Origin: Dehalococcoidia bacterium
GTDB taxonomy: Bacteria > Chloroflexota > Dehalococcoidia > UBA2979
NCBI GenBank assembly: GCA_964291495.2
Contig: OZ219871.1
Coordinates: 1,303,355 to 1,367,354, forward strand
DNA: 64,000 nt
Direction: 5' to 3'
Positions 55,525 to 64,000 of this stretch are shown here, in pieces; position 1 is the stretch's first letter, and every line of letters begins with the position of its first letter. The notes beneath the pieces are model-generated. The model was given only the letters and a program-made list of their open reading frames with translations. It did not search any database and was not told the DNA's origin. The translations under genes were made by a program, and so were the position numbers.

Positions 55525-56280
55525 ATGGCGACGACCGAGCGCCCGCAGGGCCGACCGCTTGCTGATCGGCTGTACGACTTCACCGTCAACAACCGCGTCT
55601 GGCGTTCGATCATCCGCACCGGCTACCCGAACACGCCGCGCAACCAGATGCTCGCCGTCGCGACGAACGTCTTCCTGCACCTGCACCCGACGCGCATCCA
55701 CCGCACGCACGTCAAGATCACGCACACCTACTGCCTCGGCGGCCTCTCCTTCTTCCTCTTCCTCGGGCTCACGATCACCGGCGTGCTGCTGATGTTCTAT
55801 TACGTGCCCTCGGTCGAGCGGGCCTACCAGGACATGCAGGCGCTGCAGACGGACGTGCGCTTCGGGATGCTGATGCGCAACACGCACCGCTGGATGGCGC
55901 ACGGCATGGTGATCACCGTGCTGATGCACATGATGCGCGTCTTCTACACCGGCGCGTACAAGCCGCCTCGCGAGTTCAACTGGATCGTCGGCGTCGTGCT
56001 GCTCGTGCTCACGCTGCTGCTCTCCTTCACCGGCTACCTGCTGCCGTGGGATGAGCTGGCGTTCTGGGCGATCACCGTCGGCACGAACATGATCGGCTCC
56101 GACCCGGTCCTCGGCGAGGTCAACCAGTTCGTCATGATCGGCGGCTTCGAGGTCGGCCAGAACGCCCTGATCCGCTTCTACACCCTCCATGTGGTAGGAC
56201 TGCCGCTGATTGCGGCGATCTTCATGGCCGTCCACTTCTGGCGAATCCGCCGTGACGGCGGGCTCGCCCGGCCGCTGTAG
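55525..56280 (+). CDS. cytochrome b6-type (N-terminal four-helix) cytochrome b
   Basis: [49 protein letters not shown]...[12 protein letters not shown] (haem-ligand His pairs). Confidence 0.92.
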   Translation: MATTERPQGRPLADRLYDFTVNNRVWRSIIRTGYPNTPRNQMLAVATNVFLHLHPTRIHRTHVKITHTYCLGGLSFFLFLGLTITGVLLMFYYVPSVERAYQDMQALQTDVRFGMLMRNTHRWMAHGMVITVLMHMMRVFYTGAYKPPREFNWIVGVVLLVLTLLLSFTGYLLPWDELAFWAITVGTNMIGSDPVLGEVNQFVMIGGFEVGQNALIRFYTLHVVGLPLIAAIFMAVHFWRIRRDGGLARPL

Positions 56281-56319
56281 GCGCCGGGCGCAGGCGCGCG
56301 GAGAGGCGAAGGAACGCCG

Positions 56320-57255
56320 ATGGTCGCGGACGCACCCGCTCGCGGTCCCTCGAGGTCGCGCGGCGCCGTACCCAGCGCACGCCCGCGCCGCCAGCGCGAG
56401 GAAGAGCTGCTGGTCTGGCCGGACCTTGTCTTCGTCGAGTTCATCTCGGCGCTGGTCTTCACCCTCACGTTCGTCGCGCTCGCGATCCTGATCAACGCGC
56501 CGCTGCAGGACCGCGCGAACCCGGCCAACACGCCGAACCCCTCGAAGGCGCCGTGGTACTTCCTGAACCTGCAGGAGCTGCTGCTGCACATGCACCCGGC
56601 GCTCGCCGGGGTGATCGTGCCGACGGTCTTCCTGATCATCCTTGGCGCCGTGCCCTTCTTCGACACCTCGAACGAGGGTCAGGGGCAGTGGCTGAGCACG
56701 CCGCGCGCCTGGCCGAACGTGATCGTCGGCTTCATCGTCGGCACCATCGGCACCTGGGCGCTGATCATCTACAACTCGGGCAAGCACATCGTCGTGTTCG
56801 AGCGCTTCACGTTCGACGCCGACAGCTTCGACAACTTCCCGCCGCTGATCGTCGACGAGCGGCTGCGGGCGTGGCCGGAGAGCCTGAACTGGCTGACCAG
56901 CGTTCGAGCGCTGCAGACGGAGATCAACTGGCCGAGCGAGCTGGAGACGATCCCCCTCGGCGAGACGTTCGTTCGCACGGACCTGCTGGGGCTGCCGCGC
57001 GGCAGCATCCAGTGGAACTTCCCGGCCTGGATTGTCGAGCAGGCGATCCCGGTCAACCTGATGGTCGGCTTGCCGCTGCTGCTCTGCCTCGTCGCCTGGC
57101 GCCTCGGGCTGGCGAAGACACGGCGCGACTTCATGATCCTGCTGTTCTCCGGCTGGCTGGGCTCCTACCTGGCGCTCACGATGGCCGGGACGTACTTCCG
57201 CGGCGAGGGCCTCGAGTTGCTCTGGCCGTGGGAGGTCCGGCCGGCCGAGTCATAG
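56320..57255 (+). CDS. cytochrome b C-terminal / subunit IV-like protein with long C-terminal extension
   Basis: WPDLVFVEFISALVF and PSKAPWYFLNLQELL (PEWYF-type motif), followed by ~170 extra residues with further hydrophobic segments. Confidence 0.8.
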   Translation: MVADAPARGPSRSRGAVPSARPRRQREEELLVWPDLVFVEFISALVFTLTFVALAILINAPLQDRANPANTPNPSKAPWYFLNLQELLLHMHPALAGVIVPTVFLIILGAVPFFDTSNEGQGQWLSTPRAWPNVIVGFIVGTIGTWALIIYNSGKHIVVFERFTFDADSFDNFPPLIVDERLRAWPESLNWLTSVRALQTEINWPSELETIPLGETFVRTDLLGLPRGSIQWNFPAWIVEQAIPVNLMVGLPLLLCLVAWRLGLAKTRRDFMILLFSGWLGSYLALTMAGTYFRGEGLELLWPWEVRPAES

Positions 57256-57277
57256 TCGGCGGACGAGGGGTGCAGTA

Positions 57278-57961
57278 GTGACGAACGAGGCGGAAGGCGG
57301 AGGCGCTGCGGTGCAGGACGCTCCCGACCCCGGGCAGGTGACGGACGCCTGGCGCGAGGCGATCGCCGCGCGCCGCACCCGCGCGCCCGAGGAGGCGCCG
57401 GTCCCGGCAGCGCAGGCGCGCCGCCCCACCGGCCCGATCACCTCGCGCCGCAACTTCATCCGCGCCTCCTTCTGGGGCGGGCTGGGGCTGGCGCTGCTCG
57501 GCCTCGTTGGCTCGCTGCTGGACTTCATGTACCCGCGGGGCATCAAGGGCTTCGGGGGTCCGGTGGCCGCCGGGAACATCGCCGAGTACCCGCCGGGCGG
57601 CGACCCGGTGCACTTCATCACCGGGCAGTTCTGGCTGGTGAACCTCGACCCGAACGAGACACGGCCGGGCGGCAGCGGCGGCGGCGCCGGGCTGCTCGCG
57701 CTCTGGCACAAGTGCCCGCACCTCGGCTGCACCGTGCCGTGGCGCTCCGGCTTCACCTACGACAACGACCAGGGCTGGTATCGCTGCCCCTGCCACGGCT
57801 CGACCTACACCAAGGCCGGCATTCGCGTGTTCGGCCCGGCCCCGCGCTCGATGACCACGATGAAGGTCGATGTCGACTCCGCGGGCAACGTCACCGTGCA
57901 GACCGGCGACCGCCTCGACGGTGGTCCCGACAACCCGCAGCGCGCGGGCCAGACCTCCTGA
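57278..57961 (+). CDS. Rieske [2Fe-2S] protein with Tat signal
   Basis: GTG start. SRRNFIRASFWGG, CPHLGCTVPW, CPCHGSTY. Confidence 0.92.
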   Translation: MTNEAEGGGAAVQDAPDPGQVTDAWREAIAARRTRAPEEAPVPAAQARRPTGPITSRRNFIRASFWGGLGLALLGLVGSLLDFMYPRGIKGFGGPVAAGNIAEYPPGGDPVHFITGQFWLVNLDPNETRPGGSGGGAGLLALWHKCPHLGCTVPWRSGFTYDNDQGWYRCPCHGSTYTKAGIRVFGPAPRSMTTMKVDVDSAGNVTVQTGDRLDGGPDNPQRAGQTS

Positions 57962-58001
57962 TGCAGCAGGCCGACGGACGCTCTCGGGGAACTGAGGCGA
58001 G

Positions 58002-59177
58002 ATGAACACCAGCAAACAGGTCAACGTGATGATCGGGCTGCTGTTCGTGACCTTCGTCGTCACCGTCGGCTACCTCTTCAACGAGGCCAACCGCCAGGAG
58101 GTCGAGTCCGCCGAGATCAACGAGCGCAACGCCGAGCGTGGCGCGCGGCTGTTCGTGCAGAACTGCCGCAACTGCCACGGCCTCGATGGCTCTGGCAAGG
58201 ATGCGAACGGCGTCGGCACCATCGGCGTCGCGCTGAACGCGCCGCACTTCCTGATTCTCGGGGAGGACAACGTCTACGGCGCGCAGGCCACCTCCGAGAG
58301 CGTGGCGGAGAACATCCGCACCTACCTGAGCGAGACCATCACCTGCGGCCGCGTCGGCACGTACATGCCGAAGTGGGACATCCAGTTCGGCGGCTCGCTC
58401 TCGGCGACGCAGGTGGAGCAACTCGTCACGCTGATCGTGGGCGACCCCACCGGCAAGCATGACTTCTGGGAGCTCGTCCTCGAGGAGGGCGAGCACGCCG
58501 ACGAGGAGCAGTACGGCGCGGTGCTCGAGGAGCGTTTCGCCCTCACGGCGGTGCTCACGGCGCAGTTCGGCCGGGCCCCCACGGAGGAGGAGGTCGCCTC
58601 CTACAAGCAGCAGCTCACCTCGGAGCAGCTTGCGAGGGTCGTCGAGGACTACGGCCGACACCCGACCGCTGCGGAGATCTACGCGGAGAGCGAGCGGCAG
58701 ACGCTCACCCGCGACGCGAGCACGATCACGATCACCACGGACAACTGCGGCCAGTTCTCCAACCCCGCGAAGCTCGCCTTCCGCACCCGCACCGATCCCC
58801 GGACGCAGGTGGGCCCGGCGACGCCCTCGGATGACGGCGGGGCCGCCCCGACCGCGGCGGCGACACCGACCACCCCGACCGCCGAACGGGGCGACGTCCT
58901 CGTCAACGCCCTCGGCTGCCTCGCCTGTCACACGCTGGACGGCACGGAGCTGGTCGGCCCGACGTGGCTGGGCGTCTACGGCCGCACGGAGCAACTCGAG
59001 GACGGCAGCAGCGTCGTCGTCGACGACGCCTACATCCGCGAGTCGATCCGGATGCCGCAGGCGAAGATCGTCGCCGGGTTCGCAGAGGTCGCGGCCATGC
59101 CCGTGTTCGGCGAGGACGTCCTGAGCGACCTCGATCTCGAATCGATCATCCTCTACCTGCAGTCGATCACCGAGTAG
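58002..59177 (+). CDS. membrane-anchored dihaem c-type cytochrome
   Basis: N-terminal TM segment VNVMIGLLFVTFVVTVGYLF and two CxxCH motifs (NCRNCHG, GCLACHT). Confidence 0.88.
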   Translation: MNTSKQVNVMIGLLFVTFVVTVGYLFNEANRQEVESAEINERNAERGARLFVQNCRNCHGLDGSGKDANGVGTIGVALNAPHFLILGEDNVYGAQATSESVAENIRTYLSETITCGRVGTYMPKWDIQFGGSLSATQVEQLVTLIVGDPTGKHDFWELVLEEGEHADEEQYGAVLEERFALTAVLTAQFGRAPTEEEVASYKQQLTSEQLARVVEDYGRHPTAAEIYAESERQTLTRDASTITITTDNCGQFSNPAKLAFRTRTDPRTQVGPATPSDDGGAAPTAAATPTTPTAERGDVLVNALGCLACHTLDGTELVGPTWLGVYGRTEQLEDGSSVVVDDAYIRESIRMPQAKIVAGFAEVAAMPVFGEDVLSDLDLESIILYLQSITE

Positions 59178-59262
59178 AAGCGGCCCGCCGCCGCGCGAGG
59201 GCCAGGCGGCGAGCAGGGCGAACGAGACGGACTGGCGGGCCGACCCGCCGAAGGGGGAAGAG

Positions 59263-59382
59263 ATGGCAGAGGTCGAGACGGGAAAGCGCTACCGCTGCAC
59301 GGCGTGCGGCGCGGAGTTCATCGTCACGCGCGGCGGCGAAGGCGTCCTTCGCTGCGGCGACAACGAGCTCGAGCAGATCTAG
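59263..59382 (+). CDS. 39-aa desulforedoxin-like zinc/iron-ribbon mini-protein
   Basis: Not in the track (too short). AAGGGGGAAGAG SD. MAEVETGKRYRCTACGAEFIVTRGGEGVLRCGDNELEQI resembles desulforedoxin (G..Y.C..CG....V...G.G.L.CCG) but has only three Cys. GC3-rich. Confidence 0.6.
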   Translation: MAEVETGKRYRCTACGAEFIVTRGGEGVLRCGDNELEQI

Positions 59383-59391
59383 GAGCGTCCG

Positions 59392-59535
59392 ATGGCTGTC
59401 GCACTTGGTAAGCGCTACAAGGACGAGAACTCCGAGATCGAGGTGCTCTGCATCAAGCCCGGCGAATGTAATCTCAACGTCGACGGGCGCGGCATGGAGG
59501 AACTGCAGCCCAAGGTGCTGCCCTCCGCCGACTAG
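59392..59535 (+). CDS. 47-aa paralogue of the preceding mini-protein that has lost the CxxC motif
   Basis: Not in the track. AGGAG SD 7 nt upstream. MAVALGKRYKDENSEIEVLCIKPGECNLNVDGRGMEELQPKVLPSAD shares GKRY, E-x-V, GE, L and EELQ positions with 59263..59382. GC3-rich. Confidence 0.5.
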   Translation: MAVALGKRYKDENSEIEVLCIKPGECNLNVDGRGMEELQPKVLPSAD

Positions 59536-59561
59536 CAGCGGCCGGTCCGCATCCACCGCCA

Positions 59562-59586
59562 AAGCCGGGAGCAGCGCTCCCGGCTT
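59562..59586 (+). terminator. terminator hairpin ending the cytochrome operon
   Basis: AAGCCGGGAGC (59562-59572) pairs perfectly with GCTCCCGGCTT (59576-59586); 3-nt loop. Confidence 0.5.
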
Positions 59587-59614
59587 CCGCGCGTCCCCTG
59601 ACTACGTTGCTGCC

Positions 59615-61120
59615 GTGACCCCCTCACCCGAACCGCTGCTGATCGAGGCGCGCCTGCTGACGATGGCGCGCCCCGGCGACGCGCCCGTGCCCGGCGCCGT
59701 CGCCTGCGCCGGGGGTCGCATCGTCGCCGTCGGCACGCCCGAGGACTGCGCGCGTCGCCTGCCGCCAGCGCATCGCCGCATCGAGGCGCGCGACTCGACG
59801 CTGCTGCCGGGCTTCGTCGACGCGCACGTCCACATCCTCGCCGCCGCGGCCGCCGCGGCCGGGCCGGATGTCTCGCCACACGCCATCTCCAGCATCCCGG
59901 AGCTGCTCGAAGTGTTACGCGAGGCGGCGGCGCGCACGCCGCCCGGTCGCTGGCTGCGCGCCGCCGGCTACGAGGAGCTGATGCTCGCCGAGGGCCGCCC
60001 GCCGACGCGCGCCGAGCTCGACCGCGCCGTGCCCGGCCACCCCGTCCGCCTGATCCAGCGCAGCGGTCACGCCGAGGTGCTGAACTCGCGCGGCCTCGCC
60101 CTCGTGGGCATCGACGAGTCGACGCCGGAGCCGCCGGGCGCGGTCTTCGGGCGCTCGCTCGAGGACGGGCGACTCAATGGTCTGCTGCTCGGCATGGCCG
60201 ACGCGATCGAGGCGGCGATGCCGCCGCCGGACCCGGCCGCCGTCGAGGCGCACGTGCGCGACTGGGCCCTCGCGCGGGCCGCCGAGGGCGTCACGACCTT
60301 CGTCGACGCAGGCGTGCGCAACGGACCGGCGGAGTGGACGACGTTCGAGCGCCTGCTGGCCGCGGGCGCGATCCCACAGCGCGTCGTCTCGATGGAGTCG
60401 GTTGACGCCCTCGGAGCGCTGCCGGTCGAGAGCGCCGAGGGCCGCCTGGGGCGCGGCGAGACGAAGCTGCAGCCCGCCACGTTCGAGGGCGAGGCGCCGG
60501 ACGCCGGACCCCTCGAGGCGGGCGTGCGTGCGGCGATCGAGGCAGGGCGCCGTGTCGCCATGCACGCGCCGACGGAGCCGGCCGTCGCGGCCTCGCTGGC
60601 CGCCTTCCGCGCCGCCGGCGCGCCGCCCGGACAGCGTATCGAGCACGCTCCGCTGCTGACGGCGCAACTGATCGAGGAGATCGTCGCGCTCGGCGCGGTC
60701 GTCGTGGCGCAGCCGGGGCTGCTCAACGAGGTCGGTGGCCGCTACAGGCAGTTGCTCGACGCGGAGCAGCGGGCGCGGCTGCACCCGTGGCGGGCGCTGC
60801 TCGACGCGGGCGCTCCGCTCGCCTTCAGCAGCGACGCCCCGATCTCGCGCGCGAGCGCCCTCGAGGCCGTCGCAGCGGCGTCCGTGGACCGCCCTGCCGA
60901 CTTGGCGCCGGAGCAGGCGATCACGCCGATCGAGGCGCTGGACGCGTCGACGGCGGGTGCGGCCGACGCCGCCGGACTCGAGGACCGTGGCCGCCTCCTC
61001 GAGGGTGCCCTCGCCGACCTCGTGCTCATCGGCGAGCCGCTCGAGCGCGACCCCGCGAGCGCCCGCGTGCGGCTGACCGTGATCGGGGGCGAGGTGGCGT
61101 TCGAGGCGGGTGGTCCGTAG
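59615..61120 (+). CDS. amidohydrolase-family metal-dependent hydrolase (Amidohydro_3 / YtcJ-like)
   Basis: Start at in-frame GTG 59615 (VTPSPEPLLIEARLLTM...). LPGFVDAHVHIL metal-binding motif and C-terminal FSSDAP. Upstream part of track ORF 58964..61120 rejected. Confidence 0.82.
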   Translation: MTPSPEPLLIEARLLTMARPGDAPVPGAVACAGGRIVAVGTPEDCARRLPPAHRRIEARDSTLLPGFVDAHVHILAAAAAAAGPDVSPHAISSIPELLEVLREAAARTPPGRWLRAAGYEELMLAEGRPPTRAELDRAVPGHPVRLIQRSGHAEVLNSRGLALVGIDESTPEPPGAVFGRSLEDGRLNGLLLGMADAIEAAMPPPDPAAVEAHVRDWALARAAEGVTTFVDAGVRNGPAEWTTFERLLAAGAIPQRVVSMESVDALGALPVESAEGRLGRGETKLQPATFEGEAPDAGPLEAGVRAAIEAGRRVAMHAPTEPAVAASLAAFRAAGAPPGQRIEHAPLLTAQLIEEIVALGAVVVAQPGLLNEVGGRYRQLLDAEQRARLHPWRALLDAGAPLAFSSDAPISRASALEAVAAASVDRPADLAPEQAITPIEALDASTAGAADAAGLEDRGRLLEGALADLVLIGEPLERDPASARVRLTVIGGEVAFEAGGP

Positions 61121-61185
61121 AGGGTCGACTCCGCTCACGGTGGGCGCATCCGGGGTACGCTATTGATGTGTGAAGGGGAACTCAC

Positions 61186-61416
61186 GTGGGTTGGGAAGAG
61201 CGGATCGAATTGAACCCTGATGTTCTCGCCGGGAAACCGGTCGTAAGGGGGACGCGCCTCGCGGTCGAGTTCATCGTTGAGTTGCTCGCCGACGAGTGGA
61301 CGGAAGAGGCGATTCTCCGTGAGTACCCGGGCCTGAGCCACGAAGACATCCAGGCCTGCCTGCGCTACGCAAGCGAGCGTTTGCAGGCAGAGAAGGTCTA
61401 CCCTCTCAACGTATAA
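61186..61416 (+). CDS. DUF433 domain protein (putative antitoxin)
   Basis: GTG start. IELNPDVLAGKPVVRGTRLAVEFIVELLADEWTEEAILREYPGLSHEDIQACLRYA is the DUF433 pattern. Confidence 0.8.
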   Translation: MGWEERIELNPDVLAGKPVVRGTRLAVEFIVELLADEWTEEAILREYPGLSHEDIQACLRYASERLQAEKVYPLNV

Positions 61417-61422
61417 GCGGAC

Positions 61423-61782
61423 ATGCGGCTTCTCGCAGACGAGAACCTCCCTGGACGTATGGTCGAGGCGTTACGCCGACTGGGCCATGACGTGACCTGG
61501 GTGCGCCTGGAGGCTCCGGGCAGCGTGGACGAGCGGGTACTCGAGCGTGCGGCAACAGAGGACCGCGTGCTGGTTACAGCCGACAAGGACTTCGGAGAAC
61601 TTGCTTTCCGCAATCGACTTCCAGCCGCCAGCGGCGTCATCCTCCTTCGCGTGCGCGGTACCGTCGAGGCGCGCACGGCAGCGCTCGTGGCGGCACTCGA
61701 AGCTCGTGAGGATTGGGCTGGCCAGTTCGCGGTTGTTGCGAACGATCGGGTCCGACTGACCCCCCTGCCCCCGGTCGAATAG
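61423..61782 (+). CDS. DUF5615 (PIN-like / Mut7-C-like) protein (putative toxin)
   Basis: MRLLADENLPGRMVEALRRLGHDV...DERVLERAATEDRVLVTADKDFGEL. Starts 6 nt after DUF433. Confidence 0.8.
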   Translation: MRLLADENLPGRMVEALRRLGHDVTWVRLEAPGSVDERVLERAATEDRVLVTADKDFGELAFRNRLPAASGVILLRVRGTVEARTAALVAALEAREDWAGQFAVVANDRVRLTPLPPVE

Positions 61783-61943
61783 ACGGCTCCGTTCGCAGTG
61801 CCCTTGCGGTTCGACTGTGCCAGGAGAGGCGGACGAGGCCGGCGCCGACGTTTGACGGGCTGCGGGGGCGGCCCATACGATCCCCCGACGGCTACGAACA
61901 CGCGACCCGGATGGGGCGCGGCGGGGACGGGATTGCATACGGA

Positions 61944-62147
61944 GTGACCGAGGTCTTTGTCGGCGAGTCGGAATCCTTCGAGGGCGCACTGAAGCGCTTC
62001 AACAAGCGCGTCCAGGCGGACGGGATCCTGTCCGAGGCACGGCGCGCCGAGTACTACGAGAAGCCTTCGGTCCGCCGCAAGAAGAAGGAAGCGGCCCGCC
62101 TGCGCAAGCTGCGCAAGGCGATGCGAGCCCAGGTCCGGCGACGCTGA
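61944..62147 (+). CDS. rpsU: 30S ribosomal protein S21
   Basis: In-frame GTG at 61944: VTEVFVGESESFEGALKRFNKRVQADGILSEARRAEYYEKPSVRRKKKEAARLRKLRKA. Confidence 0.88.
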   Translation: MTEVFVGESESFEGALKRFNKRVQADGILSEARRAEYYEKPSVRRKKKEAARLRKLRKAMRAQVRRR

Positions 62148-62150
62148 CCG

Positions 62151-62174
62151 GGACCCCGGCAAGCGCCGGGGTCC
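62151..62174 (+). terminator. hairpin directly after rpsU (terminator/attenuator candidate)
   Basis: GGACCCCGGC (62151-62160) pairs perfectly with GCCGGGGTCC (62165-62174), with loop AAGC, followed by GCTGTTGATGG. Confidence 0.45.
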
Positions 62175-62223
62175 GCTGTTGATGGCTGCCGCACCCTTGC
62201 GAGGGGTCCGGCCGGAAGGCGCC

Positions 62224-62676
62224 ATGCCCGCACTGCTCGACACCATTCGTTCCGAGATGACCGCCGCGATGCGCGCCGGGGACACCCGGCGCCGCGACAC
62301 GCTGCGGCTGCTGATTGCGGCCCTCGACAACGCCCGTATCGCCGCCGGCCGCGACCTTGGCGACGAGGACGCACTCGCCGCCCTGCAGCGCGAGGCGAAG
62401 CAGCGCCGCGAGTCGATCGAGGAGTACCGCAAGGGCGGCCGCGACGACCTCGTGGACTCGGAGCAGGCGGAGCTGACGATCATCGAGGCGTACCTGCCGA
62501 GCCAGCTCGGCGAGGACGAGCTGCGCGCGATCGCGCGCGACGTGATCGAGGAGAGCGGCGCGAGCGGCCCCGGCGACCTCGGAGCGGTGATGGGCCCGCT
62601 GATGCAGCGCGTGCGCGGACGCGCCGACGGTCGTCTGGCGAACGCGATCGTTCGGGAGCTGCTCTCCGGAGCTTGA
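62224..62676 (+). CDS. yqeY: GatB/YqeY domain protein
   Basis: Internal ATG at 62224: MPALLDTIRSEMTAAMRAGD...RRDTLRLLIAAL..., ELTIIEAYLP, MGPLMQRVRGRADGRLAN. Confidence 0.88.
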   Translation: MPALLDTIRSEMTAAMRAGDTRRRDTLRLLIAALDNARIAAGRDLGDEDALAALQREAKQRRESIEEYRKGGRDDLVDSEQAELTIIEAYLPSQLGEDELRAIARDVIEESGASGPGDLGAVMGPLMQRVRGRADGRLANAIVRELLSGA

Positions 62677-62725
62677 TGATCGGGGGCGGGATGGTCGCCC
62701 GCATCAGGCAGCGAGGGATGCCGCC

Positions 62726-64000
62726 GTGCTGAGCCGACCGACCGAGGCCCGCGGCTGGTTCGCGCGACCTGCCGCCATCTTGCTGGGACTCGGCATCGGC
62801 GCGGTCCTCTTCGTCGTGCTCTTCCCCTGGTTCCCGGGCGGCGCGGGCATGCGCGAGGGCGACGCCTCGCCATGGACGCTCTCCGCCCCGCGAGACCTGT
62901 CCTACGAGTCACTGGTCCTCACCGAGGCGGCGCGCGAGGAGGCCGCCGGGGCGGTCGCGGACGTGCAGCGCCGCGACGACTCGATCGCCGAGATCCAGAT
63001 CGCGGAGCTGACCCGCCGGCTCGTCCTGATCGAGGAGGCGCGCGCGGGCGTCCTCTCCGCATCCGCCCGCGAATCGAGGATCCGCGCGGCTACCGGCGGC
63101 GAGCTGTCGGACAAGGCCGTCATGCTGCTCGGCGAGATCCCTGACACGGACTTCCGCACGCTCGGTGACGAGGCGCGCGACATTCTCGGACGCCTGCTCT
63201 CGGGCAGCATCGCCGCGGCGGGTGTCGACGCGGCGCGCGAGCAGGCCGGCGAGCTGCTGCCGATAGGCCTCGACGAGGATCAGCGCCTGGTGCTCACGGA
63301 GCTGATCGCTCCGCTCGTCATCCCCACGCTCGTCGTGGACGAGGCCCGGACCGGGGAGCGGCGCCAGGAGGCGCGCGACGCGGTCCCGCCGGTCCGCGTG
63401 ACGCGCGAACGGGGCCAGGTCCTGGTCGTGCAGGAGCAGCGGTTGACCGCGTCCGATATCGAGTTGCTGGACGCCGCGGGGCTGAATCCGCGAGGGGTGC
63501 GCACCACGCACGTGCTGGCCGCGGGCATCGTCTCGCTGCTCTCCGGCGCGGCCTGCGGGGTCTATCTCTTCGTCGCGCGCCCGCGCGCGCTCGCCGGCGT
63601 GCGCCGCCTCACGCTGTTCACGCTGCTGCTGCTGGCTCCGGCGGCGGCGATTAAGTTCACGCTGCCGCTCGTGCTCCCCGATGTCGACCGGCACTTCCTC
63701 GTCTACGCGCTGCCGCTGGCGGCGTCGCCGATCGCGGCGGTGGTGCTGCTCGATCTCGGAGCCGCCGTATTGCTCACGGTCCTCCTCTCCTCGATCGCGG
63801 TCTTCGTCTCGATCTACCTGCCGTTCGCCGATGCCGCGGGCACCGGGCAGCTCGAGACAGCGAGGGCGTTCCTCGCGGTCTGCGCCGCCTCGCTCGCGGG
63901 GCTGTTCGTCGCGGCGAGGGCGAACAACCTGGGGCGCTACCTGACGGCCGGATTCGCGGCTGCGCTTGCCGCCGGCGCGGTGCTCGGAACGGTCTGGCTG
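62726..64000 (+). CDS. pgpH: 7TM-receptor HD hydrolase (YqfF/PgpH-like), N-terminal part; 3' end beyond the window
   Basis: Not in the track (no stop in window). GTG at 62726 with GCGAGGGA SD. N-terminal TM segment, ~250-aa extracytoplasmic domain with VRVTRERGQVLVVQEQRLTASDIELLDAAGL, then consecutive TM segments. rpsU-yqeY-pgpH synteny is classical in monoderm bacteria. Confidence 0.7.
   Translation, partial: MLSRPTEARGWFARPAAILLGLGIGAVLFVVLFPWFPGGAGMREGDASPWTLSAPRDLSYESLVLTEAAREEAAGAVADVQRRDDSIAEIQIAELTRRLVLIEEARAGVLSASARESRIRAATGGELSDKAVMLLGEIPDTDFRTLGDEARDILGRLLSGSIAAAGVDAAREQAGELLPIGLDEDQRLVLTELIAPLVIPTLVVDEARTGERRQEARDAVPPVRVTRERGQVLVVQEQRLTASDIELLDAAGLNPRGVRTTHVLAAGIVSLLSGAACGVYLFVARPRALAGVRRLTLFTLLLLAPAAAIKFTLPLVLPDVDRHFLVYALPLAASPIAAVVLLDLGAAVLLTVLLSSIAVFVSIYLPFADAAGTGQLETARAFLAVCAASLAGLFVAARANNLGRYLTAGFAAALAAGAVLGTVWL

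Noticed and set aside
58964-59614. 217-codon Arg-rich N-terminal extension of the amidohydrolase track ORF
   Set aside because: It overlaps the 3' end of the cytochrome c gene, two SD-preceded mini-genes and a strong terminator hairpin. The conserved amidohydrolase sequence begins right after the GTG at 59615.
61808-61816. GGTTCGACT, a tRNA T-loop-like string, in the spacer before rpsU
   Set aside because: The flanking bases do not form a T-stem (TGCGG versus GTGCC are not complementary), and no acceptor or anticodon arms can be drawn. It is not a tRNA.

Overview
This is a very GC-rich, densely coding bacterial chromosomal segment; third codon positions are almost all G/C. I call about 75 protein-coding genes. 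I found no rRNA, tRNA, CRISPR array, transposase or integrase. Because of the GC content, the six-frame track is full of long Arg/Ala/Gly/Pro-rich antisense shadow ORFs, which I discarded. Many real genes start well inside their track ORF. Several short genes and the two edge-truncated genes (pyrG, pgpH) are not in the track at all. Most content is core metabolism and information processing: pyrG (partial), an M16 peptidase, purA, mug, dapA-asd-dapB, pnp-rpsO, pepA, dnaA, coaX-coaBC, obg-nadD, gyrB, trmO, ychF, xdhC-like genes, tatA, murT-gatD, an M23 peptidase, lgt, folP-folK, purF-purM-purH, a cytochrome b6 / subunit IV / Rieske / dihaem-c operon, and rpsU-yqeY-pgpH (partial). The split cytochrome b, MurT/GatD, the rpsU-yqeY-pgpH synteny and the extreme GC content suggest a high-GC monoderm-type lineage such as Thermomicrobia/Chloroflexota; this is inference only. 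The stand-out region is 35.4-45.2 kb, two adjacent operons built around three paralogous CysO-type ubiquitin-like sulfur carriers. One carrier follows a Zn-ribbon threonine-synthase-like PLP enzyme and a stand-alone NIL domain. One precedes CysM. One is fused in frame, through its Gly-Gly, to the N-terminus of the only MoeB/ThiF-type E1. The cluster also holds CysK, a two-domain rhodanese, a JAMM/Mec+ protease, an Rrf2 regulator, two enolase-superfamily enzymes and an unknown 132-aa protein. Other points worth a second look are listed here. A Panacea-domain antitoxin sits with an unclassified partner next to pyrG. There is a DUF433/DUF5615 pair. PNPase has an RGG-rich C-terminal tail and GyrB a basic N-terminal extension. 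Two tandem desulforedoxin-like mini-proteins end the cytochrome operon. The dnaA-coaX spacer is a weak origin candidate, and dnaA has no adjacent dnaN. All family calls come from reading motifs and from memory; no database search was possible.
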